DNA of 64,000 bases from Podarcis muralis (lineage: Eukaryota): positions 21,018,001 through 21,082,000 of the forward strand of contig NC_135667.1 in the NCBI RefSeq assembly GCF_964188315.1, given 5' to 3'. A program made the position numbers and the translations under genes. Below are positions 32,142 through 45,400 of this stretch, in pieces. The number at the start of each line of letters is the position of its first letter. The stretch's first letter is position 1. The notes beneath the pieces were generated by a model that saw only the letters and a program-made list of their open reading frames with translations, was not told the DNA's origin and ran no database searches.

Positions 32142-33582
32142 CCGTAAATTTCGTTCCATAACACGCGCTTTTTTGCTCCTAGAAAGTAAGGGAAAATGCC
32201 AGTGCGTGTTATGGGGTGAATGCACTGGACCGGAGCCATGGCTGCCGTCAGTTAAGCAAAGTGGGAGCCGCTTGCAGGGCTTCTGTCTCGCTTTGCAAGG
32301 CTCTAGCTTTGCCTGCTTTACAGCCAGGAGGAGGGGCTCTCTGAAAGTAAGCAAAGCGAGAGCCGCTTACACGCTCTACGAGGCTCTCGCTTTGTTTGCT
32401 TTAAAGCGACCTACGGAGGAGCCGGGGAGGAGGGAGGGAAAGAGAGGCATGGCAGCAAAGTGGGCAGCAGCTGCTTACACGGGAGGAGGGACAGACAGGA
32501 GCCATAGCGAGCCGGAAGGAGGCAGGCAATTCAAAGCCAGCAGGCACTTTTAAAAGCGTTGCGTAGCCAGCAACAGCTGCTGCAGCCTCAGCTAGCAAAG
32601 GTCTGCGCACTCTCTAAATGGAGCAATGAGGCTGCGCGCCGGGGACAGGAGGGCATGGGATGAGGGAGAGGGGGAAATGACGCGTCCCCAGCGTCTCAGC
32701 TGATCCGCTGGCTCCTTGAGTGCGCTGGGACAGGAGGGCACGGGATGAGGGAGAGGGGAAAATGCATGTCTCCCAGCGTCTCCCCTGATCCGCTGGCTGC
32801 TTGAGCGCGCTGGGGACAGGAGGGCACGGGATGAGGGAGAGGGGAAAATGCATGTCTCCCAGCGTCTCCCCTGATCCGCTGGCTGCTTGAGCGCGCTGGG
32901 GACAGGAGGGCACGGGATGAGGGAGAGGGGGAAATGCATGTCTCCCAGCGTCTCCCCTGATCCGCTGGCTGCTTGAGCGCGCTGGGGACAGGAGGGCATA
33001 GGATGAGGGAGAGGGGGAAATTACGCAGGATAGACAGGATAGGTTTGAGCACATGAGCAGGACTTGGATTGCAGGGGATTCGCCATTAGCTGTGTAAAGC
33101 AGCAAAGAGGGAGAGAAGGAGCAAAACGGGAGAGAGGAGCTGCTTACACTGCTGTAAGCGGCTGCTGTCCGGTTGGCTCCTTTAAAGCAACAGTGCTCTT
33201 TCCCTCCCTCCTCCCCGCTCAGCTCCCGGAAAAGCTCCTTCTCCACACACCCCACACTGGTTCCTTCTGCCCTTAAACCCATCGCCTGCATTATTAGCAG
33301 CATCCTTCTCCACACACCCCATGCGTGTTCCTTGTCCCTTGAGTGCTTTTCCTTCCCTCCCCACTTAAAACGTGGTTACAAAGTATGGATCCACATGGAT
33401 CCTCAGGATTTTTGCATTGGGCTACCCCAAACTCACCGTCAGATCACATGTCTGTGGCCACAGCATGAAGCACAAAAATCATACATCCACTGTTTCGTTT
33501 AGAATTTTTTTTTCTTGTTTTCCTCCTCTAAAAACTACATGCGTGTTATGGTCTGGTGCGTGTAATAGAGCGAAAAATACGG
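32142..33582. mobile_element. Non-autonomous Tc1/mariner-type element carrying an 86-bp tandem repeat
   Basis: TA|ccgtaaatttcgttccataacacgc ... gcgtgtaatagagcgaaaaatacgg|TA inverted termini. Confidence 0.75.
32635..33020. repeat. 86-bp minisatellite, about 4.5 copies
   Basis: ggggacaggagggc recurs at 32641, 32727, 32812, 32898 and 32984. Confidence 0.9.
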
Positions 33583-33739
33583 TAATCTTCTAAGGGCCAA
33601 ATTAGATGTGATAGTGGAAATTTAGTATTTATACTGCCCTTCCTACAAAATGATACCAGGCCAGTGCACATATATACAGATGCACAATCTTTAATAAAAA
33701 CAATTGCAAACTGCAGCACAATAAAATATTAATGTATAG

Positions 33740-34030
33740 GCAGGGGTTTCTTCAGATATCCAGGACCTGAGTTGTTTACAACTGTATAAGTCAACAAAAG
33801 CACCTTAAATTTGGCTCAGTAGCAAATCGGCATCCAATACAGTTCTTTAAAGCTTGGTGATCTATCAAAAATTAAATTATTCTTCAAGAGTTACTAGCAT
33901 CACATTTCTTAACTACAGTAATTCCCCTTTTTTTGTAGTGATTGATTTGCCGAGATCCTGTTCCCATTCATGTTCAAAACTAGCTCTTGTATGATCATGG
34001 CATTGAAGTATACTTTTCATAGTAAGTAAG
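33740..34030 (-). mobile_element. Old LINE fragments (L1 WEQDLG motif; L2 WxPI...FKVLLLTY...GPGYL motif)
   Basis: Minus-strand translation fragments HEWEQDLGKSI and WMPICY*AKFKVLLLTY...SGPGYL. Confidence 0.5.
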
Positions 34031-36047
34031 AAGAGAAGAAACACCCATCTATTTATTTCTAATATCATTCAAATCCCAACAAGATAAGATATAAAGGTTC
34101 CTAAATTTTGTTACTTGCAGAGGAGACTAGCCAGTGGCCCAGGAGGGGCAAATGGGGAACTGCCCCTCCAAACTCAGCCTGGTCTCATCAGCCACCATCT
34201 GCTTCTCTTCCTCCTTGCAACCAGCTCAGGGTGGTGGCAGCGGGCACCAGCCTCCTTAGTCTCAACATCGCCTTGTGCAACTCAGCAGGGAGGAGGATGG
34301 GGACAAAACTAAACAGTAATTTGTTGTCTCTCCTCCAGGCACCTGCTCTTGCTCCACCTATTGCTGATCTCCCTGCCTTCTACCCCAATGGGCACCAGCC
34401 GGCCAGCACTGGCTACTTTATTCAGTTGAAAGCCAACAAGTCTCAACAAAATGCAGCAAAGTCCAGCAAGGTCCAATAAGATTCAAAGTGGCCCAGCCAG
34501 GCCCACCAAAGTTCACCAAGGTCAAATAAATCCAGTAAGATCTAACAAGTTCAGTCCAAGAAGTCCAGCGCAGTCAACCAGTTCAGTAGGGTCCAGCAAG
34601 TTCAGCAAAGTCCAGTGTGTCCAGCAGGGTCCAAGAAAAACCAATGGGCTTCCAAAGAAAACCCCTCCCAAAAACAATATTGCAATCACAGCTTTAACAT
34701 GAACTGTTATTTGACTTTAATTAACATTTTATTGATACAAAAGCTCTACTCCTGGGGCTTTTTGGACATATTGCTGAACTGTGGCTTAGCACTGCAGGAA
34801 CGAGTTTGGTGTCTTTCCATACTCAAGCATTCCCATCTCTTCCTCTTGAAGAGGAGGCTTGCAGAAGTGTTCTTTTCCATTTTTTGTTAACCATGCCTTC
34901 TCGCTTTGTCTGAAGAGGGGATCGTGATTTATTGCTACCTATGGATAGTTTCAAACAGCCCAACTTCAAGCCATAGTTTGTGAAGCTGGCTTGCTTGTTA
35001 GCGTTAAGCACGATCTTCATTTCAGATGAGACAGACTTTGTAAAAACATGTTGCACCGCAGGATTATATATTAGCAAATTAACCGGGCTTGCTTTGTGAA
35101 ATTTATTAACAGAGGAATAATTCTTTGTGAATATGATTCTCTTGGAAGCCTGCCTCTTGCCTTGTGTGAGTTCAATCTCCTAGAGCGAGAGGGGTCTTTA
35201 GGGAAATAGAGGAATGGCCAGCTGCACAATCAAGCTGGGGTGCTCTCCTATGCAGAAGGTTGCTTACAAGAAGGACAGAAGCAAAAGGACAGCACAAAGC
35301 TCTGGCCTCCTGTATTCATCTACTGTAGTTTTTAATTATTATACTGGACCTTTTTGCAGGACTACAGCACATAGCAAGCGTAAGAAACCTTCCAGCTGTA
35401 ATGCAAACACAAGTGAAATAAATATTATTGCTTTCCCAAGGGGGTCCTCGCCTCGTAAGGAGGACCGGACTGTTGTGGTGGCTCCGAACCGGTCGGGAAA
35501 TGACAGAGACTACATCAGGATTGTTGAAAAAGCAAAGTCTGATCTTTATTTTCAAAGAACAGAAGACTGTTGCAACAGGGTTCCCACTCGCGTAACAGAA
35601 GGACGGAGTGAGAACCTTGAAGAAAGGAACTGCCTTTACTTAAATACCTTTTCATTTCCATATAGATCAATGATACAGAAAAATGACAGAAATGGCACAA
35701 AGAGAGGATTAACATAAGGTAAGTGGGATGTTGTAAGATCTTGGGTGTTTTTAATGAAGAAGTCCGCTTTGAGGTTGGGAACAAAAGGTGTTGTGTGGTT
35801 TTTCCCCTTCAGTGGATCTTACAGTTCTGTTTTTGCTTCATTTTCAGGAAGGAATTCCGGAGGTTTTGGGATGATCGGTATGCAGATTAAATGGCTGGAT
35901 ATTTGGGAAACGGTTATCAGTGTTGGTGTGAAGTCCTGTTTCTGCATGTGTATCATTGCTGGTGTGAAGTTTCCGCTCTGCATACTTTTATTAATTAAAC
36001 TGATTTTATATTGCATTTTGTGTGTATTCACGATGTCATTTGTAGAC

Positions 36048-36062
36048 CCAGTAGGTGGCGCT
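36048..36062 (+). promoter_or_regulatory. Putative CTCF site
   Basis: ccagtaggtggcgct, perfect match to CCASYAGRKGGCRS. Confidence 0.6.
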
Positions 36063-39000
36063 GTGGTGCTTGAAGGCATTTTGACAGTTTGTGAACGGTA
36101 GAATATTGACAGATTAAGTATATGGCAATGGAAAGTCACACAGAATATAAAATATTTTGGCTACATTCTTCCAGTTACATTTTTCTATTCTAGTTACATT
36201 TTCTAGTGTAAGAAAACACTTTTTTGAAAGATACAAAAAGATACAAAAAGGCAATACATTTGATAAGAAAAACACTCTTTTGAAAGATACAAAAGGTGAT
36301 ACATTTGGTAGAGTCAACAGTTGCATTCCTCAGCTACATTATTTAGTCGTATTACAGTGATACAGAAGTAAAAGATACAAGTAAAAAGATACATTCTTTT
36401 GTTAGCATAGAAATACGTAACACTGAGAGGTTCATTTATTAACTCCCCTCTCTGATCATGGCTTCTCTTATGACACAAGCAAATATGCAGAAGCACGATT
36501 TCCAAATTGCATTTTAACAATAACAGTAACAAACAATGTTTATTTCTTGAGAGTGTCATCAAATGCCTGGGAAATGCCCTCTCTAATTGTTCCCCCTACA
36601 GCAAATATAAAATGGAGAAAAATGAGTAAACAATCAACAACCATTACAGAGGGGTGTTCTCCTTCAATTGCTAACTCTTCTCCTCACCCCAAATATTTTT
36701 ATTCTGATCATGTTACTTGTTTATCAATTTCAGGAACTATATTATCAAGCCGCCACCCCCACAGAGTTTTGCTTAACCTCCTTAATTATGTAAAATCTCT
36801 CACCCTGTTGTTATCCCAGAGGTTCATTTTCAATGGCAGATATACCGCCATGTCTCCAAATTATTTTTAGCAGCTTCCATGTAAACAGCCAACACATTAC
36901 AATCGAGCCGACCAAGTTCACACAATAAATTCATGGTGGATTTAAAATTTAATCCCAGTTTCCACCCCCTCTGCTCAGTAGACCATAAGGCCTACCGTAT
37001 CTGTTTCTAGTTCCTCAAAAGGGTAAGGAACAAATTGAGTCATTAGTTACTGATTTCCTTTCATTCTTTCGTTTTTCTTGTGAAAGGGCTGGGCAAAATT
37101 CCAGTGAATGTACTCCGGGCCATGAGATCTGAACCATTGCCAGACACTGAAGAGGGGACAATGGCATCATTCCTACATAATAAGCCAAAGATCAAACTGG
37201 GTTGTGATTGTTTGCAACCGTTGTACATGGTACAGAGCAGCAGTCAGCAGTCATCAGGCTTTTTGGATCCGTTTAGATCAAGTGTGGGGGACCTATGGGG
37301 GAGCAGCAAAACATGAGCAGCAGTGATTTGGGGGTGCAGAGTGGCAGGAAGGGCCTCTCGCCCTCAACCTGCCTGGACCCTGTGAAAGGGGGAGGTGGGC
37401 AGGCAAGCCCTCTGCAACCCTCTCTCAGCTCCCAACAGCCAGACGCACGCTTCACTCTCACCCTCGCCCACCACACAAAAGGAAGAGGTTCAAGTTTGCT
37501 CCTCCCTGCATAGCATCACGTCTCGCCTCACAAGGCTCCCTGAGCGGCTGAAAGGGAATTAACAAAGCGGAATCTTTTGACCCAGATGTGGAAGAAGCCA
37601 GAGGTGCCGGCGACTCTGCAAGTCACCGTAGGGATAGGAAAATTGCAAGAGTGACCATAGTCTGTTGATGTGGAGGAGAAGCAGGGGTGACTTTCTGTTT
37701 TCTTTCTGTTTAGTAGCATTGCCACCTACTAATGGTACCTACTAATGGTGCCAAACAAACAAAAAAACCTGGACATTTTGCCTAATTCAAAAAATCTGCC
37801 TGGACAGAAATCTTAACCTTGAAAAAGAGGACAAACCAGACATATGGCAACCCTATCTAGACTCCTGTTGCCATCGTCATCCCTGACTGGGGCTTGATGG
37901 GGATGGAGTCCCAGAATATCTGCCGGGCCACAGATTCGTCATCCTTTGTTTTGATACACTTTGGGCTGTACAACACTCGTGTGCAACAGACCACTTCAAA
38001 AAAACTTGGACGTCTTGCAGTAAAGAAAATTCACTAGAAAGTGTGGGATAACATTTGCAGTATTGTATCATGGCCCCACAAATAAATGTCTCCTTAATGA
38101 ACAGCTGATGTTGTATGACAACCCCACAAACAAACAGGATGAATGTTCTAGAAACAGGTCACCTGGAATAGAAGTGTCCCTAGACAATAAACAAATGGGA
38201 GTGTTGCTGAGCACATCTGGAGCCTAGATGTTTGCTTTCAGGAACAGAAGAACTGAACTGAACTTTCACTAAAGATGGGGGGGGGGGAGCTGGATTCAGT
38301 TTACATTGAAAGCTGAGCCTTCCAATCTGTACTTTGTGAAACAATATGCAAATCAAAGCACTGCAAACCTTCCACATTTGCACTTCTCTGAAATTTGTGT
38401 AGCAGTTCTCTAGCCAAAAATATATGTACAAGGGAAGTAGTTCTGAAAACTTTCCCCTCACAGACCACTTGAAAATTGCAAGGGTCTTGACAGAGCACTT
38501 ACTGATTTGTCTGCCTGTTGAAGAAATTGTGCTGTGCTTGATGTGGTATGATTTTTATTTATATTTTTACAGACGCACCACTGACAACCTCAACAAAGCT
38601 CACAGGCCATGGACTGGAAACTCCTGCATTAGGATAAAGTATTTGTAAAATGCATATATTAGTAAGAAGAGCATACAAAAATGTATTGTGTGAAGGGGAA
38701 ATGCATAAAAAAATGTGTATTTTAGTCAAAACTGCATATTAGGAGAAATTCATATTTAATTCTAATGATTTTTCATGAGATTTTTTTTATTTCTTTGCAA
38801 ATTGTTGGAGAAATATGGAGAACTGAATGTAAGCTTGCAGAAATGAGAAACTGATAGAATTAAAAAGTTTTATTTGTCTATTCCCCAGCTTTCACACAAA
38901 AGTCCATTTCTGGTTAACTTCCTTCGATTTCTGCTAGCAAATTTATATGGGTGAGAAAAGTCATTTTGATGGCCATTTGGGGGCCAGAAACCTGTGACCG

Positions 39001-39091
39001 TCTACTATGAATCAATCAGAGATCTCTAGATCCTGATGTAATTTCTGCCCACCCCGCCCAAATGTAGGTGTGTAAAGGAAGTGGACGTACA

Positions 39092-39443
39092 GGGATGCGG
39101 GTGGCGCTGTGGGTTAAACCACAGAGCCTAGGACTTGCTGATCAGAAGGTCAGCGGTTCAAATCCCCGCGACAGGGTGAGCTCCCGTTGTTCGGTCCCAG
39201 CTCCTGCCCATCTAGCAGTTCGAAAGCACACCAGTGCAAATAGATAAATAGGTACCACTCCGGCGGGAAGGTAAATGGTGTTTCCGTGCGCTGCTCTGGT
39301 TCACCAGAAGCGGCTTAGTCATGCTGGCCACATGACCCGGAAGCTGTATGCCGGCTCCCTTGGCCAATAAAGCGAGATGAGCACCACAACCCCAGAGTCG
39401 GCCACGACTGGACCTAATGGTCAGGGGTCCCTTTACCTTTACC
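39092..39443 (+). mobile_element. Sauria SINE
   Basis: gggatgcgggtggcgctgtggg...ggggtccctttacctttacc tail; taaaggaagtgga duplicated at 39072 and 39444. Confidence 0.92.
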
Positions 39444-39777
39444 TAAAGGAAGTGGAGTGGAAATCAGGGTGCAGGTATCCCCACAAAGGTTTAAAAGCCT
39501 TACAGTGACTTCAGTTGAAGGTGCCGATAAAAACCCCAGGCCAAGGCATGTGAGGAAACTCAGCCAAAACCTCACACTCCCCTCTCTCCATCCGCACCTG
39601 CACAGACACCCAATCCTGTTCCCGGGTCATCAAAGGGGCCTCTAGAATGCCAGCATTTTGCTGGAGGAATTCATGCGCAGGCTGGGAAACTTAAACACGG
39701 GCAATTAAAGTGGATTAAAGTACTCTGTTGCATAACTCATCAATTTTTAAAGGAATGGCGTTGGGAAAGTGAGATGA

Positions 39778-39806
39778 ACAAATGATTAACAGCAATTTGT
39801 ATATAA
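39778..39806 (+). promoter_or_regulatory. Candidate HNF1-like site plus TATA box for SULT1C copy A
   Basis: acaaatgattaac (HNF1-like) about 10 bp upstream of tatataa (39800-39806). Donor t|gtgagt at 40002 would give a 5' UTR exon and a 114-nt intron ending at the acceptor directly before ATG 40116. Confidence 0.35.
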
Positions 39807-40115
39807 GTACCCCACAAGCAAATCTGCCTGAATGCTCACCCAGCAGACAAATCAGACCAAATACTAAATGAAGACTATAATCTAACCTCTCCATAAGCTT
39901 CGCACCAGAAAAATCAGGAGGGTTTTGAGGTCATCTGGAGGAACCCAAAACAATTTCAGGAAGTGAGATTGAGAGAGAAGGGGGGAAAGAAAAAAGAAAC
40001 TGTGAGTCCGGGAAGAAAAGTAAAACTGACCAGCGGCTGCTGGCAGCAGATGTAGAAAGGAAGCAGGCTGGCTACTTAAAAGCAGGTGCTATACTTGCTT
40101 TTCCTGCATTGCCAG

Positions 40116-43326
<3,211 letters not shown>

Positions 43327-44339
43327 GCACCCCTCTGTGCTCATCAATCCCATTCCTGGAGCTTGGGCCTGCACTAAACAAAATAGACCATGTAGCCACA
43401 AGCAAGGACCACATAGGTTGTGCATGTTTGTTTAGAAATTTACCTTTTATTAAAAAATAATCAATGATTTGTGAAATAAAATGATTGTGTTTGCTCTTTA
43501 TTAATTCCACACTGAGAGTGAATAAAATAACTAGTATTGCATTATTATTGTTGGGATCTCAGCTTGGCCAAGCTGATAAAACTCATTTTCCCCCGGCCGG
43601 CCGTGGAGTGGTGAGCGTGTTGGATTAGGACCTGGGAGATCAGGATTCGAATTCCCACCTTGCCCATTCAGTGTTTACAAACAATACCTTTACATTTTTA
43701 TTTATTTCTTAAAGAGTTCAAGTTGTTCAAAAACGTACCTTTGCATTAAGGACTCACCCCGATCCCTCAATAATTGTGATCCTATGTATTCTTGACTCAG
43801 GAGTAAGTCTTAGTGGACATATTTCTAAGGAAACATGCAGAGGAGCAGACTGCACATTTCCTAATAGACACTGTGCTAAAAGCATAACCAGGTGAAGAAA
43901 AATAGAAGAAAGGACAGTGATCATCTCTAATGAGAAGCTACACCTGCCAATACTCTCTCTTTCTTCTTATATGGACAGTCTACTCAAGGTCCCTCAGCCC
44001 TACTGAGCTGGGTGCCTCCATCCTTGGTTGCCATGGAGGCTGCTAGAGCGAAAGACAGGGAGCCCAGCAGCAGGTGGAGCCAAAGACAAGCAGAGCCAAC
44101 TACGGTATATATGGTTTTGTCCAGAATTCTGGTACTTGCCAATACTGTACAGAGAAGGAAGCCAACAGCAAATGTGCCGGACTGAGTGTTAAGGGAGAGT
44201 GGATCCACATCACGCACCCAATACACATCACCCCGGGGGTGCTGCCGCATTCCCTTCAGAGAGCCACAGTTTTCAGCACCCTCAGTGAACTACAGTCCCC
44301 AGGGCTCCTTATGGAAAACCATCAGGGGCTTGAAATGTA

Positions 44340-45400
44340 TGGTTTCTGGCCTCGCTCAGTCGGTATAGCACGAGACTCTTCATCGCAGGGTCGTGGGTTT
44401 GAGCCCCACGTTGAGCAAAAAGATCCCCTGCACTGTTGCTGAGGGCTGGACTCTCGGGGTCCCTTCCGACCAGCGGCTGCCCCTTCGCCCTGATAGCGCA
44501 GGGCTTCATTAATGCCCCAGACGACCCCGCGGTGAAGAAAAGGCTCCTGCATCTATAGCAGCTGCAGAGGAATTTCGTGTCTTTTGAGTCCCACTTCCAC
44601 GCGGGACAGATAAAACCTCCGTTAATAAAACAGCGCAACACCCAAATTTTTCCCCTGCCACAAGCCTCGCCTGCGCGCCGCTCTCTCTCGCGCGGCCATG
44701 GCACACTCCCGAGCAGTTGCAAAAGGAGACAGGAGCCCTTCCATCTTTTTGGACTCGTTGTCTGGTTGCTATGGCCACCGCCCTTTAGCGAGGCCCTAAA
44801 GCCGCCATGTTTGTTGGGGGCAAACTACCCGAGCCTCATTTAATGTTGCACACACGCGATGAAAGACTGCCTGGTCCAGACTGCGACGCTAATAACCCCA
44901 CATTTTATGTCATTCCGGGGAGCGCCTGAAAGGCAAAACACACGGAAGCTATTTCAGAAGCTATCCCCCAAAGTAGAAATAGAAAAAAGCAGCACCTCTC
45001 CACCCCTACCCCTCGGCCATAGAAACAGCAGCTGGGGAAATCGGCCTGCCTCCCCCCCTCCCCCGCATCAAAGCGCCGGGCGCGTGTGGGAGCGAAGAGA
45101 ACGGGAAAACGTTATATTAAAACATCAACGTCAGGCGCTGGGCTTGAAGCGGCTTGAGAGGCGGAACGAACGTTTGTGGGTTGTGTTGCTGGACGGAGGG
45201 GGAAGAAAGGGACCCCACAAGAAGAAAGGAGGAGGCGTTAGCAAGTTGGAGCGGAGGAAGATGGCGGGGCTCTCCGTGCGGGATCCCGCCGTGGACCGGT
45301 CCCTGCGCTCCGTTTTCGGTGAGGGCGGAGCGGGCGAGGGAAGAGCACGCCGCTCAACCCCCACTTTGGCAAAGGCGGGGGAAAGTAGATGGGGGGAAGA
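44340..45400. promoter_or_regulatory. CpG island / CSTF2 promoter with divergent motifs
   Basis: High CpG density. YY1-type aagatggcgg at the CSTF2 ATG, oppositely oriented gccgccatgttt (44801-44812) and RFX X-box gttgctatggccac (44765-44778). Confidence 0.8.
44345..44470 (+). mobile_element. tRNA-Lys(CTT)-derived SINE
   Basis: gctcagtcggtatagcacgagactcttcatcgcagggtcgtgggtttgagccccacgttgagca has about 6 substitutions vs tRNA-Lys-CTT. It is followed by aaagatcccctgca...ggact...gtcccttcc, a SINE body rather than a T-run terminator. Confidence 0.8.

Noticed and set aside
32592-33315. Long repetitive ORFs and a CRISPR-like periodic look
   Set aside because: Produced by the 86-bp minisatellite. 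Units are contiguous with no unique spacers, and there are no cas genes in this eukaryotic DNA.
43984-44250. Hydrophobic 88-aa minus ORF resembling a small membrane protein
   Set aside because: No convincing start or splice context and no family I recognise; kept only as part of the divergent-promoter finding.
44345-44417. Functional tRNA-Lys(CTT) gene
   Set aside because: The acceptor stem 5' arm is disrupted, the T-loop has TTTGA, and a SINE body follows instead of an oligo-T terminator.
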